This document shows, one piece after another, positions 39,294 to 49,427 of a stretch of 64,000 nucleotides of DNA. Position 1 is the stretch's first letter. Every line of letters begins with the position of its first letter. This DNA is from Dehalococcoidia bacterium (GTDB lineage Bacteria; Chloroflexota; Dehalococcoidia; Bin125), in assembly GCA_963663895.2 (NCBI GenBank), contig CAXXRD010000003.1:236206-300205 (forward strand). The letters run 5' to 3'. The position numbers were made by a program, and so were the translations under genes. The notes beneath the pieces are model-generated. The model was not told the DNA's origin, searched no databases, and saw only the letters and a list, made by a program, of their open reading frames with translations.

Positions 39294-40155
39294 GGGACGC
39301 CTCGCTCTCCGCTGCTCCGCCCTTCTCCAGGCCGTGCGCGCGGCCGAGATAGGCCTCGATCACGCCCGCATGGGCCACGATATCCGCCGGCGGGCCCTCG
39401 GCCAGGATCCGGCCCTGCGCCATCACCACCACCCAGTCGCTGATCCCCATCACCACGTCCATATCATGCTCGATGAAGACGATCGTGAGCCCCTCCGCCT
39501 GGAGCTTGCGCACGTGGCCGAGCAGCGACTGGGTGAGCGCCGGGTTCACCCCGGCGGTGGGCTCGTCGAACATGATGAGCCCGGGCTGGGTCATGAGCGC
39601 GCGGGCCATCTCCAGGAGCTTGCGCTGGCCGCCGGAGAGGGTGTCCGCCGGCTGGTCGGCCATGTGATCGAGCCCGAAGCGCTGCAGCAGCGTCCGCGCA
39701 CGGATCTTGACCTTCTGCTCCTGGTCACGCCAGAGCCGGCGCAGCAGGGCCCGTTCGAGCCGCTCGCCGGACTGCCCCGGGGCGGCGACGGCCATGTTCT
39801 CGAGGACGGTCAGGCGGGCGAGCACGCGGGTGAGCTGGAAGGTGCGCACCATGCCCAGGCGGCTGATGCGGTGCGCGGCCAGGCCGTTCAGCCGCTTGCC
39901 GTCGAGGCTCCAGATCCCGGCGTCGGGGCGCTCGAAGCCGCTGAGAAGGTTGAAGAGCGTGGTCTTGCCGGCCCCGTTGGGCCCGATGATGGCGGTGACG
40001 GCGCCGCGCGCGATCTCGAGGTGATCGACGTCCACGGCGCGGATGCCGCTGAACGAGCGCCGCAACCCGTCGGCGACCAGGATCGGATCGTGCTTGGCGC
40101 CCTCCGGCAGGACCTCGCCGCCGCCCGCGTTCCTCTCCGGCGCACGCTCAGGCAT
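39286..40155 (-). CDS. livG: Branched-chain-type ABC transporter ATPase (LivG-like)
   Basis: GPNGAGKTT, RTFQ, LSGGQRKL, DEPTAG, IEHDM, VIEAYLG. Confidence 0.9.
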   Translation of the reverse strand: MPERAPERNAGGGEVLPEGAKHDPILVADGLRRSFSGIRAVDVDHLEIARGAVTAIIGPNGAGKTTLFNLLSGFERPDAGIWSLDGKRLNGLAAHRISRLGMVRTFQLTRVLARLTVLENMAVAAPGQSGERLERALLRRLWRDQEQKVKIRARTLLQRFGLDHMADQPADTLSGGQRKLLEMARALMTQPGLIMFDEPTAGVNPALTQSLLGHVRKLQAEGLTIVFIEHDMDVVMGISDWVVVMAQGRILAEGPPADIVAHAGVIEAYLGRAHGLEKGGAAESEASRD

Positions 40156-41143
40156 CGGCGGCCCCCTCGTGGCGCTTCCCGAAGAGGCCTCCGGGGCGGG
40201 ACTTCAAGAGCAGGATCAGGGCGATGCCCGCCAGCGCGATGCTGACGGCGCCGCCCGCGTCATAGAGGAAGTCGGCGAGGAGGTCCGGCAGCCACGCCTC
40301 CTCCGAGAGCTGCCGGAGGAAGGAGTCGACGCCCTCCCGCAGGAACCAGAAGAGCACGGCCGCGACGATGGGTCCGGCGGTGGTGGCGACGCCGCCCATG
40401 ATCAGCACGACGTAGGCCATGAAGGTGACCTGCGACCCGAAGCTCTCCGAGCCGACCCCGGACTGCTGCAAGGCGTTGACCACGCCCGCGAGCCCGCCGA
40501 TCACGCCGCCGATCGCCAGCGCCTGCAGCTTGTAGCCGACCACGTTCTTGCCGAGGCTCGCGGCGGCGTCCTCGTCCTCGCGAATGGCGCGGATGACGCG
40601 GCCCCAGGGGCTGCGTATCAGGAGGAACACGAGCGTGGCGGCGAGCGCGACCAAGACCCAGCCGACGATCATGACCCAGAGCTGGTTGGCGGTGTAGCTG
40701 AAGGTGCCGATCCCGTAGCGACCCTCCACGATCGGGTTGAGGGCGTAGAAGCTGCCCGCGATCGCCTGCAGGCCGAAGGGCCCGCCCGTGATGTCGGTGG
40801 CGGGGGAGGAGCGGACCAGCAAGCGCAGGATCTCGGCGGCGGCGAGCGTGGTGATGGCGAAGTATTCCTTGCGCAGGCGCAGGGTGGGGAGGCCGAGCAC
40901 GAGGGCGAGGACGACGCAGAGCCCCAGCCCGAAGGGGATGCCGAGCCAGAGCGAGCCGCCCCAGGTCGCGACGGTGATGGCGGTGCCGTAGGCGGCCACC
41001 ATCATGAAGGCGACCTGGCCGAAGTTGAGCAGGCCGGTGTAGCCGAAATGGAGGTTGAGGCCGATCACCAGCAGCGCGAAGATCGCGGCTTGCGGGCCGA
41101 GGCCGGCGCGGCCGGCGTTCCCCAGGATGACGTCGAACTCCAT
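40148..41143 (-). CDS. livM: Branched-chain-type ABC permease (LivM-like)
   Basis: GLNLHFGYTGLLNFGQ, LRLRKEYFAITTL, SPWGRVIRAIREDE; ATG 41143. Confidence 0.9.
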   Translation of the reverse strand: MEFDVILGNAGRAGLGPQAAIFALLVIGLNLHFGYTGLLNFGQVAFMMVAAYGTAITVATWGGSLWLGIPFGLGLCVVLALVLGLPTLRLRKEYFAITTLAAAEILRLLVRSSPATDITGGPFGLQAIAGSFYALNPIVEGRYGIGTFSYTANQLWVMIVGWVLVALAATLVFLLIRSPWGRVIRAIREDEDAAASLGKNVVGYKLQALAIGGVIGGLAGVVNALQQSGVGSESFGSQVTFMAYVVLIMGGVATTAGPIVAAVLFWFLREGVDSFLRQLSEEAWLPDLLADFLYDAGGAVSIALAGIALILLLKSRPGGLFGKRHEGAADA

Positions 41144-41145
41144 CG

Positions 41146-42438
41146 CTACCCCACCCGCTCCCGCCGCCCCAGCAGACCCTGGGGCCGGAGGAGCAGCGCC
41201 AAGACGAGCACCGCCAGAGCGAAGACCGTCTTGATCTCGGCGCCCACCCAGATCGTGCTCACCTCCGTGACCAGGCCGATCAGGAGACCGCCCGCCATCG
41301 CTCCGTAGGCCGTTCCCAAGCCGCCGAGCACGACCGCGGCGAACATGAGCAGCAGCAAGCGGGCGCCCATCAGCCAATCAACGGACTCCACCGTCCCGAA
41401 GAAGATCCCGCCCGCCGCCGCCAGAGCCGCGCCCGCGATCCAGACAATGAGGACGATGCGATCGACGTCGATGCCGCAGGATTCGGCCAGCGAAGGATTA
41501 TCGGAGACCGCCCGCATCGCTTTCCCGATGCGCGTCCGCTGCAGGAACAGCGCCACCGCGACCAGCACGGCGGCGGAGAGCACCATGACCGTGAAGTCGC
41601 GCGGCGTCACCGCGAAGGGCCCGAAGCTCCACTCGGCTTGGAGGGCGAAGTCCGTGTACCGATCGCGATCGGGCCCGAAAAACATGAGCAGGATGTGCCG
41701 GATAAGCAGTGACAGCCCAATCGTGACGACCATGAACTGGACCAGCCCAAGCCGGCGGCGGCGGAGGGGGCGGAGGACCCCGATCTCGAGACCGCCTCCA
41801 GCGATGCCGGCGATCGCGATCGCGAGCACGCCAGCGACGACGAGCGGCAGCTCGATCGTGTCCGCATGGAGGTACCACGCCACGATCGCGCCGAACGTCA
41901 CGAGCTCGCTGTGGGCGAAGTTGATGACTCGCGTCGTGCCGAAGATCAGCGATAGCCCGATCGCGCACATGGCGATGATGAGACCGAGCTTGACGCCGTT
42001 GAGCACCGCCTGCGCGAGCTTCTCGCCCAGCCCCGGTCCGGCGGCGACGGGCTCCCCGAGCGCGAAGACCAGCGGCCGCGGCTGCCCGGCCATGATCGTC
42101 GCTTCAAGCGACCGGCGCGCCGGATCGCGGAGACCGACGCCTGGAGGCAGGGAATCCGTATCGATCGTGGCACGGTAGGCTCCCGGCCCCGGAAGGGCGA
42201 TCCGCCACTTCCCTTCATCGTCCGTCGTCGCCTCACCGATCGCATCCCCGGCGGCGTCCACCACGGTGATGCGCGCGCCGGCAACGGGGTCGCCCTCGAA
42301 CCGCAACGTCCCGAAGAAAGCTTCCCCCTCGTCACCCCCCTGTGCGAAGGCGACGGCGGTCGTGGCGATCAGGAGGAGGGAAGCGAGCGCCGCAGCGACC
42401 AACGTGAGCACCCCCCGGCTCGGGTGGCCGAACGTCAA
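41146..42438 (-). CDS. livH: LivH-like permease with N-terminal extracellular carboxypeptidase-regulatory-like beta domain
   Basis: Signal peptide, PVAGARITV...TTDDEGKW...PGAY; GLSLIFGTTRVINFAH, GKAMRAVSDN, RPQGLLG. Confidence 0.88.
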   Translation of the reverse strand: MTFGHPSRGVLTLVAAALASLLLIATTAVAFAQGGDEGEAFFGTLRFEGDPVAGARITVVDAAGDAIGEATTDDEGKWRIALPGPGAYRATIDTDSLPPGVGLRDPARRSLEATIMAGQPRPLVFALGEPVAAGPGLGEKLAQAVLNGVKLGLIIAMCAIGLSLIFGTTRVINFAHSELVTFGAIVAWYLHADTIELPLVVAGVLAIAIAGIAGGGLEIGVLRPLRRRRLGLVQFMVVTIGLSLLIRHILLMFFGPDRDRYTDFALQAEWSFGPFAVTPRDFTVMVLSAAVLVAVALFLQRTRIGKAMRAVSDNPSLAESCGIDVDRIVLIVWIAGAALAAAGGIFFGTVESVDWLMGARLLLLMFAAVVLGGLGTAYGAMAGGLLIGLVTEVSTIWVGAEIKTVFALAVLVLALLLRPQGLLGRRERVG

Positions 42439-42683
42439 GTCGTCTCTCCTTCGCGGAGTCTCGAAGCTTCTGGAGTTATAGGCGCTGGAGTCCTCCCCGG
42501 TCGAGAGTCTCCACGAAGTCGCCGCTTCGCGTGCGGCTCAACGGCGCCCAGGATGAGCCAGCGCATTTATGACTATTGATTATGATTCCGAGGCGCGCAT
42601 CGATTCGCCAGACACCTATGCTAGCCGCATAATCAGGCTCCTACTCATTGGTTAAGCGCGTTTATTAGGCTCAGGGGATTGCA

Positions 42684-44105
42684 ATGTCGATATCTCGCGT
42701 CCGGATCGCGATAAGGTCTCTGCTCGTCTCGATCGGAATTCTCGGACTGCTCCTCGTCGCGGCCTGCGGCGGCGGAGAGGGGGACGGCGAGGTAGAGCCA
42801 ACGACCACAGCGGTCGAGCCGGCCCCCGAGCCCGAGCCCGCGCCGGCACCCGATCCCGCACCGGCGCCTGAGCCTGAATCCGCGCCCGAGCCTGAGTCCG
42901 CACCTGAGCCCACGCCGGCACCCGAGCCCACGCCGGCACCCGAGCCGGCGCCTGAGCCCGAATCCACGCCTGAACCCGAACCTGTGGTCGTACCGCTCAA
43001 GATCGGCAGGCTGATCCCGGAAACGGGACCGCTCGCCCCGCTCGCCGGTCCCGCTGTTGAAGCCACGCTCCTTGCCGTGGAGGACATCAACGCCGCCGGC
43101 GGCGACATCAGCATCATCAATGCAGACACCGCGACAAGCCCTGATGTCGCCATCGAAGGGGTCAACCGCCTGCTGGCGGAGGGCGCCGACGTGATCCTCG
43201 GGCCGGCCGCTTCGGGCATCACACAGGCCGTCATCCAAACGCTCTACGACGCGAAAACTCCGCAGTGCTCGCCCTCGGCGCAGTCCCCGGCCTTCAGCAC
43301 ACAGGAGAACGCCGCCTATTTCTTCCGCACGGTGCCGCCCGTGCAAGCGGTCGCCCCCATCATCGCCAACGTCGTTGCCGGCGACGGCGCGACCCGCGTC
43401 GCGCTTGTCGGCCGGGCCGATGAGTATGGGATCGCGATCACGGGTCTCGTGGCCACGCTGCTCGGCCAGATCGGCGCCGAGTCCGAGACCATCCTCTACG
43501 ATCCGGCCTCCCCCTCTTTCGACGCCGAGGTTGCGGCGGTGGTGGGCTATAGCCCAGATGCGATCGTGAACGTTGGCTTCTTCATCGACGGTGGAAGCAT
43601 CATTCGCGACCTGATCGAGGCCGGGCTCGGGCCCGAGATACAGTACGGCTCGGACGCCCTTTTCCACCCCTATCTGTGGCAATTGATCGATCCGAACAAT
43701 CCAACGGTGCTCGACGGCATGCAGATCATCGGGGTCGCCGGTAACGAGGAGTTCAACGCACGGCTGAGCGCCATCAGCGACGGCAACGTGAACTTCGCCG
43801 GCCAGGCCTACGACTGCGTCGTGCTCTTGGCGCTGGCCGCCCAGATCGCCGGCAGCAGCGACGGCGACGCCATCCTCGCCGCCTTCCCCGGCATCACCGC
43901 GGACGGCACTGAGTGCCGCTCCTACGCCGAGTGCGCCGCCCTCATCGCCGCCGGCCAGGATATCGACTACGTCGGCGTGAGCGGGCCCCTGAACTTCAAC
44001 GCCGTCGGCGACCCCACGGTCGGCTCCTACGGCGTCTTCCGCTTCGAGAACGGCAATCTCGGCATCACCCGATCCATCGAGGTGGATCTGACTCAGTTCA
44101 ACTAG
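42684..44105 (+). CDS. Liv-type substrate-binding lipoprotein with Pro/Glu-rich linker
   Basis: Lipobox LVAAC; LKIGRLIPETGPLA, ILGPAASG, FFRTVP, YDCVV, DIDYVGVSGPLNF. Confidence 0.9.
   Translation: MSISRVRIAIRSLLVSIGILGLLLVAACGGGEGDGEVEPTTTAVEPAPEPEPAPAPDPAPAPEPESAPEPESAPEPTPAPEPTPAPEPAPEPESTPEPEPVVVPLKIGRLIPETGPLAPLAGPAVEATLLAVEDINAAGGDISIINADTATSPDVAIEGVNRLLAEGADVILGPAASGITQAVIQTLYDAKTPQCSPSAQSPAFSTQENAAYFFRTVPPVQAVAPIIANVVAGDGATRVALVGRADEYGIAITGLVATLLGQIGAESETILYDPASPSFDAEVAAVVGYSPDAIVNVGFFIDGGSIIRDLIEAGLGPEIQYGSDALFHPYLWQLIDPNNPTVLDGMQIIGVAGNEEFNARLSAISDGNVNFAGQAYDCVVLLALAAQIAGSSDGDAILAAFPGITADGTECRSYAECAALIAAGQDIDYVGVSGPLNFNAVGDPTVGSYGVFRFENGNLGITRSIEVDLTQFN
42816..42983 (+). repeat. 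Coding tandem repeat, ~18-bp units (PEPTPA/PEPESA)
   Basis: Repeated GAGCCCACGCCGGCACCC-like units. Confidence 0.85.
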
Positions 44106-44127
44106 CTGGAGCTTAATTAGCTCCAGC
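44105..44127. terminator. Hairpin between convergent genes
   Basis: GCTGGAGCT-TAATT-AGCTCCAGC, perfect 9-bp stem at the stop codon; no U-tract. Confidence 0.5.
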
Positions 44128-44235
44128 GTTGGACGGGTCGAGGAAGAACGTCGCTGCTGCCACCGTCCGCAGCGACCGCGATCAGTGCCGCCAAAGCGAG
44201 CCGCGCGCCTTGATCTTCATTCAGGTGCAATTAAA

Positions 44236-44982
44236 TTAAGACGCGGCCTTAGGCAGATAGAGCTCCTGCATGACGCCAGAGTTTCGCATCTCCTCCAGCG
44301 AACCCTCCGCCGCGATCGCGCCGGTCTGCATGAGGTATCCCCGCTCGGCCACACCAAGCGCAAGCCCAGCGTTCTGCTCCACCAGCAGGACTGAGGCGCC
44401 GAACTCATCGCGCAGTCCCCGGATGATCCCCGCGATCTCCTGCACGAGCACCGGGGAAAGCCCGAGCGATGGCTCATCCAAGAGGATCAGCGTCGGCCGC
44501 GCCATCAGCCCCCGCGCGATGGCGAGCATCTGCTGCTGTCCTCCGCTGAGGTCCGTTCCCTGAGCGCCAAGACGCTCGCGCAAGATCGGGAAATAATCAA
44601 GCATTCGCTCCAAATCCTGGTCCACTTCGGATTGAACCGACCGTGCGTAAGCGCCGAGAGCGAGGTTGTCACGCACGGTCATCCCTGGAAAGATGCGTCG
44701 CCCCTCGGGAACCAAGCTCACCCCGGCCCTTGTCACGCGATCCGCTGGCCAGCCACTGATGTCGTCGCCGTCGAAGATGATCCGTCCGCCCGAGATGGCG
44801 AGAAGGCCGGCGATCGCGCTAAGTAACGTCGTCTTGCCAGCACCGTTCGGCCCAAGGACGGTGACGATCTCGCCTTGCTCGATCGTCATCGAGACGCCGC
44901 GATGCACACGAGTGCGACCGTAGGCCGTATGCAGGTCACGAACTTCCAGCAAGCTCAAAATTTTCTCCCAGGTAGACCTCAA
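44236..44982 (-). CDS. livF: ABC ATPase (LivF-like), second system; true start probably ~44958
   Basis: GPNGAGKTT, VPEGRRIF, LSGGQQQMLAIARGL, DEPSLGL, VEQNA. Confidence 0.9.
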   Translation of the reverse strand: MRSTWEKILSLLEVRDLHTAYGRTRVHRGVSMTIEQGEIVTVLGPNGAGKTTLLSAIAGLLAISGGRIIFDGDDISGWPADRVTRAGVSLVPEGRRIFPGMTVRDNLALGAYARSVQSEVDQDLERMLDYFPILRERLGAQGTDLSGGQQQMLAIARGLMARPTLILLDEPSLGLSPVLVQEIAGIIRGLRDEFGASVLLVEQNAGLALGVAERGYLMQTGAIAAEGSLEEMRNSGVMQELYLPKAAS

Positions 44983-45670
44983 GCACTTTGGGGTCCTGCC
45001 GCACCGTGTCGGGTGGCCCTTCAGCGATCTTGAAGCCGAAGTCCAAGACGATCAGGCGCTCGCACAAGGCCATCATCATCTTCATGTCATGGTCGATGAC
45101 GGCCACCGTGACGCCCTTCGCGGAGACGGAGCGAATCAGGGTAGAGAGGGCGGCGGTTTCGTTGTCGTTGAGACCGGCAGCAGGCTCGTCAGCCAGGAGA
45201 AGGCGCGGCTGGCCTCCGAGCGCAATCGCCAGTCCCAGCCGGCGCAAGTTGCCGAAGCCCAGGTTGGAAGCGCTCTCTCCGGCGAGATCGTAAAGGCCAA
45301 CGAAGTCCAAGACGCGATCGGGGTCACCGAACTCGCCCTGGCGATCACGGCTGTGCTGACAGGCGATCCGAACGTTCTCGCGGACGGAGAGTGCAGAAAA
45401 TGCCATCGCCTGCTGAAAAGTACGGCCGATGCCCGCCTTTGCAACGGCATGCGCCGGTCTGCCCGTAATGTCCTCTCCCAGCCACCGAACCGTGCCGGCG
45501 CTCGGAGAATGCACGCCTGTGATCACGTTGAAAAGCGTCGTCTTGCCCGAACCGTTCGGGCCAATGATGCCGAGGATCTCGCCCTCATCGACGTGCAGGT
45601 CAACGCCGGCCAGCGCCGCGACGCCGCCGAAATGCTTCTCGATCCGTTCGACCTCAAGCAGAGCCGACAT
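44936..45670 (-). CDS. livG: ABC ATPase (LivG-like), second system
   Basis: GPNGSGKTT, RTFQ, DEPAAG, IDHDM, VLEVYLG. Confidence 0.9.
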   Translation of the reverse strand: MSALLEVERIEKHFGGVAALAGVDLHVDEGEILGIIGPNGSGKTTLFNVITGVHSPSAGTVRWLGEDITGRPAHAVAKAGIGRTFQQAMAFSALSVRENVRIACQHSRDRQGEFGDPDRVLDFVGLYDLAGESASNLGFGNLRRLGLAIALGGQPRLLLADEPAAGLNDNETAALSTLIRSVSAKGVTVAVIDHDMKMMMALCERLIVLDFGFKIAEGPPDTVRQDPKVLEVYLGENFELAGSS

Positions 45671-45898
45671 TCAAGACCTCAGTATGCCAGGTCCGTCCAA
45701 GCCTCGTGCCTGGAAGTCTAGATCGCCGCTCGATTGATCTCGCAAGCGCGCGTTTGTGGATCCGCCCAGCACCGGCGCGCATCGCAGCGCTCCTGCTCAA
45801 CGCGTCCGCCAACGCCTCATCGAAACGGGATCGCGCGGTGATGCGCTACTATCCGGCCACTATATCCGGCCGTTAGGGCTAGGAAAGCGAGTACATCC

Positions 45899-46972
45899 GT
45901 GAAAGTCGGCCTCAACCTCGTTTTCGGCGGCGGCTACAGGAGCGATCAGGATCTGTGGCGGGAAGAGCTCGCGCAAGCGGACCTCGCCGAGCCGCTTGGC
46001 TTCGACTCCGTCTGGGGTACCGAGCACCACTTCACCAACTACATCATCTGCCCAGACGTCCTGCAGTACCTCACTTGGATCGCGGCGCGCACGGAAGCGA
46101 TCCAGCTCGGCTCGCAAGTGGTGGTCTTGCCCTGGCACGACCCGCTGCGCGTCGCCGAGCAGGTCGCCCTGCTCGACACGATGTCGAACGGCCGTTACAT
46201 CTTCGGCTTCGGGCGCGGTGCCGCGCGGGTCGAGTTCGCCGGGTTCCGCGCACCCATGGAGGAGTCTCGCGGCCGCTATCTCGAGAGCGCCGCCATGATC
46301 CTGCAAGGGCTCGAGCAAGGCTACGTCGAATACGACGGCGAGTACATCAAGCAGCCGCGCGTCCCAATCCGGCCGACGCCGTTCAAGTCCTTCAAGGGGC
46401 GGAGCTACTCGGCAGCGATCTCACCCGAGTCCATGGGGATCGTCGCTCGATTGGGCGTCGGCCTGCTACTCAACCCGCACAAGCCCTGGGACGTGCTCAA
46501 TGCGGAGCTCACAGAGTACCGCAGGATCTTCCGTGAAACGCACGGCAAAGACGCTCCCCCACCGGCCGTCGAAGTCTTCACCCTTTGTCACGCCCATCCG
46601 GAACGCGCCGAGGATCTGATGCGGACCTATCTGCCGCGCTTCTACCACGACATTCTTCAGCATTACGAGTTCGAGGGAGATCACTTCGAATCGATCAAGG
46701 GCTACGAATCCTACGGGCAGATGTCGAAAGATCTCCGTACCGTCGGCGAGGATGAAGCAGCCGAGTCCTACTTGGACTTACAGCCCTGGGGAACGCCGGA
46801 CCAGTGCATCGAGCAGGTCATCGACATGCAAAAGAAGATCGGAACGGACCACATCAACTTCAGCTTCCGCTTCGCGGACATGCCGCCCGCGGAGGCGGCG
46901 CAGAGCCTGCAGCTCTTCGCACAAGAGGTCCTGCCCGTCATCAAGAAGATCGAGGGGCCGACGCCGGCCTAG
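45899..46972 (+). CDS. Luciferase-like (LLM) flavin-dependent monooxygenase
   Basis: AEPLGFDSVWGTEHHF, LPWHDPLRVAEQ, GFGRG, GTPDQC, LQLFAQEVLP. Confidence 0.92.
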   Translation: MKVGLNLVFGGGYRSDQDLWREELAQADLAEPLGFDSVWGTEHHFTNYIICPDVLQYLTWIAARTEAIQLGSQVVVLPWHDPLRVAEQVALLDTMSNGRYIFGFGRGAARVEFAGFRAPMEESRGRYLESAAMILQGLEQGYVEYDGEYIKQPRVPIRPTPFKSFKGRSYSAAISPESMGIVARLGVGLLLNPHKPWDVLNAELTEYRRIFRETHGKDAPPPAVEVFTLCHAHPERAEDLMRTYLPRFYHDILQHYEFEGDHFESIKGYESYGQMSKDLRTVGEDEAAESYLDLQPWGTPDQCIEQVIDMQKKIGTDHINFSFRFADMPPAEAAQSLQLFAQEVLPVIKKIEGPTPA

Positions 46973-47026
46973 CCACGGCTCCCGCGCACGCGACCACGAA
47001 GCGCGCACCTTGCATGCGGCCGGAGC

Positions 47027-47917
47027 TTAAGAAACCTGCGCGTCCGCGGAGCCCCGCAGCAAACCGCGCGGGCGGACCAAGAGGATCACGATCATGAGCC
47101 CGAACGCATAGGCGTTCACCCACTCCGGCGCGAAGTAGCCGGCGCTCATCGCTTCGAGCAGCCCCAGCAGCAACGCAGCGATCACCGCGCCCGTCACATT
47201 GCCAAGGCCGCCGATGATCGCGACGGCGAACCCCTTGATCACAAAGCTGGAGCCCACGAACGGCGTCACGGGGAACAAGGAGATAAGGAGCGCCCCGCCC
47301 AAGCCAGCGATCGCGCTGCCCGCGAAGAACACCAGCATGATATAGCGCCGCACAGGGATACCCATCAGTGCAGCCGTCTCGCGATCCGCCGCGCTGGCGC
47401 GGAGCGCCCGCCCCCAGCGACTCTTGTTGATCCCCAGGTACAGACCAAGGATCAAAGCGGCCGTCGCACCGATGACAAAGATTCGCATTGCCGGTACGCG
47501 CACATCGCCAACACTCCAGATCGTCTCGATGGGCCTCTGGATCGCCTGCTGCTCGCTTGTGAAGATGTCGGCGACAAAGTGCTGGAGAATGATGATCAAG
47601 CCGATCGACACAATGAACCCGTTGATCGGCGAATCCAGCGTCGCTCGGAACAGGACCCGCTCCAAAGTGAATCCGAACGCGCCCACGAGTAACACCGCCG
47701 TCACAAGACCCAAGATGTACAGCTCAAAGCTCTGGCCACCGATCCCAGCCATGGCCACCATCCACCAAACCGCGTAGCCCCCGATCATCAGCATTTCGCC
47801 GTGCGCGAAGTTCACGATCCGCGTCAGGCCGAAGATCATCGTGATCCCGACCGCGACGAGCGCGATGACGCTCGCAATCGAGAGTCCGTTCAGTGCCTGT
47901 TGGAGAAAGATCTCCAC
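47027..47917 (-). CDS. livH: ABC permease (LivH-like), second system
   Basis: QQALNGL, GITMIFGLTRIVNFAHGE, WGRALRA, IIGGLG, RPRGLL. Confidence 0.9.
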   Translation of the reverse strand: MEIFLQQALNGLSIASVIALVAVGITMIFGLTRIVNFAHGEMLMIGGYAVWWMVAMAGIGGQSFELYILGLVTAVLLVGAFGFTLERVLFRATLDSPINGFIVSIGLIIILQHFVADIFTSEQQAIQRPIETIWSVGDVRVPAMRIFVIGATAALILGLYLGINKSRWGRALRASAADRETAALMGIPVRRYIMLVFFAGSAIAGLGGALLISLFPVTPFVGSSFVIKGFAVAIIGGLGNVTGAVIAALLLGLLEAMSAGYFAPEWVNAYAFGLMIVILLVRPRGLLRGSADAQVS

Positions 47918-47923
47918 GGACGG

Positions 47924-48325
47924 CTAGACCTTCCAGCGCTCCGCGTCGAAATCTTCCGGAAGGAACACATAGAGCAAGCGGGCGGGCCCTTCCAGCACCC
48001 GGCCGTTGTGGCCCTTGCCGGTGCGGTCGTCGACCATGAACGCCTCCAACGACCCCCATTGCCGCTTCTCCCCCGTACTGGTTTCCGCCTCAAGGCGTCC
48101 CGACAGGACCACGCCGATTAGCTGTTTGGCGCCGTTGTGCCAGCCGGACTCGTATCCCTGAGGCAGATCGAGGAAGAGCACGCCATCGTCCGCAGTGGGG
48201 ATCCCGTCCGACGCAAGGTATCGCACGCCGTTCGCGTTTTCGGCCGCGTTGCCACGGGGGATCTCAAGCTCGTCAAAGGACGACTCGCCGCCAACGCCGG
48301 TGTCGTAGATCCGGGTAATCCTCAC
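47924..48325 (-). CDS. Small cupin-fold protein
   Basis: ITRIY..GGESSF, GWHNG, VLSGRLEAETSTGEKR, DDRTGKGH; RBS GAAGGGGG before GTG 48325. Confidence 0.7.
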   Translation of the reverse strand: MRITRIYDTGVGGESSFDELEIPRGNAAENANGVRYLASDGIPTADDGVLFLDLPQGYESGWHNGAKQLIGVVLSGRLEAETSTGEKRQWGSLEAFMVDDRTGKGHNGRVLEGPARLLYVFLPEDFDAERWKV

Positions 48326-48476
48326 GAGCACCCCCTTCGCCGCAGCAACGCGCTGCAGACGCCGCCATGCTAGCAGCGCCAGCACAGGCGCTACGGTTGT
48401 CAGGCGCGGGCGGCATCGCGATACTTCGCCGCGCGTCCCTCGGGCGCGAAACACGGCGTCGATCGGAGGGAGAACC

Positions 48477-49361
48477 ATGGCGGATACCGTCTTCAGCAGC
48501 GGCTTTCGATTCCCCGAAGGCCCATCGTTCGACAAAGAAGGCAACCTTTTCATCGTGGAGCTGGCGCGCCTCTGCGTCACCAAGATCGCACCCGACGGCA
48601 CTTCCACCGTCTTCGCGACACTGGACGGCTCCCCCACGGGAAGCGCATTCGGTCCGGACGGCGCGCTCTACGTCTGCAACGGCGGCGGCCGCTGGCCGCC
48701 GAACGAATCGACCGACAATCAGCCGGGGCCCGCGGACTCCGCGAGCCTCATCCAGCGAGTCACCGCAGACGGATCCTTTTCCACGCTCATCGCGGAGATC
48801 GATGGGACGCCGATCAATTCACCCAACGACATCTGCTTCGACAACCATGGCAACTTCTACTTCACCGACCCCGTCTGGCCGGATGCGGAAGGGAACGTGT
48901 ACGCCGGCACGATCTGCTACAGCACGACCGACGGCCAAGCCAAACGCGCCCATACCGGCCTGCTGTATCCCAACGGCTTGGCCGTCAGCGAAGACGGCGG
49001 CACCCTGATTGTGGCGGAATCGCTCACCGGAAAGCTGCAAGCGTTCCCGATCCTGGCCCCCGGTGAGCTTGGCGCACCGCGCGAGTACGGATTCCTGGGC
49101 GAGGGGTCGATTCCAGACGGCATGGCCTTCGATAGCGAGGGCCGGCTGCTCTGCGCCGGGCATGGAACCTCGCGCTTCCACGTCTTCCCTCCCGGCGGGG
49201 GAGAGAAAGAAGAGGAGTTGGTGTTCGAGGACGCGGAGGTCTCGAATATCTGCTTCGGCGGACCGAACTTCTCAACCCTGCACATCACCCAGTCCGGCAA
49301 AGGACGGGTTGTGACGCACGAATGGAAAACGCCGGGGATGCGCCTCTTCCCCGATCGCTAG
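48477..49361 (+). CDS. SMP-30/gluconolactonase family protein
   Basis: FPEGP, SPND, FYFTDP, YPNGLA, PDGMAFD, SNICFGG. Confidence 0.92.
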   Translation: MADTVFSSGFRFPEGPSFDKEGNLFIVELARLCVTKIAPDGTSTVFATLDGSPTGSAFGPDGALYVCNGGGRWPPNESTDNQPGPADSASLIQRVTADGSFSTLIAEIDGTPINSPNDICFDNHGNFYFTDPVWPDAEGNVYAGTICYSTTDGQAKRAHTGLLYPNGLAVSEDGGTLIVAESLTGKLQAFPILAPGELGAPREYGFLGEGSIPDGMAFDSEGRLLCAGHGTSRFHVFPPGGGEKEEELVFEDAEVSNICFGGPNFSTLHITQSGKGRVVTHEWKTPGMRLFPDR

Positions 49362-49427
49362 CGTCCACCTCAGTGGCCATCGGAGGCGCGGCGGCTTCCG
49401 GCCAGCGCCGCCGGAAGGAGCAGGTCT

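Noticed and set aside
42816-42983. Tandem repeats as a possible CRISPR array
   Set aside because: No unique spacers, in-frame coding linker, no cas genes
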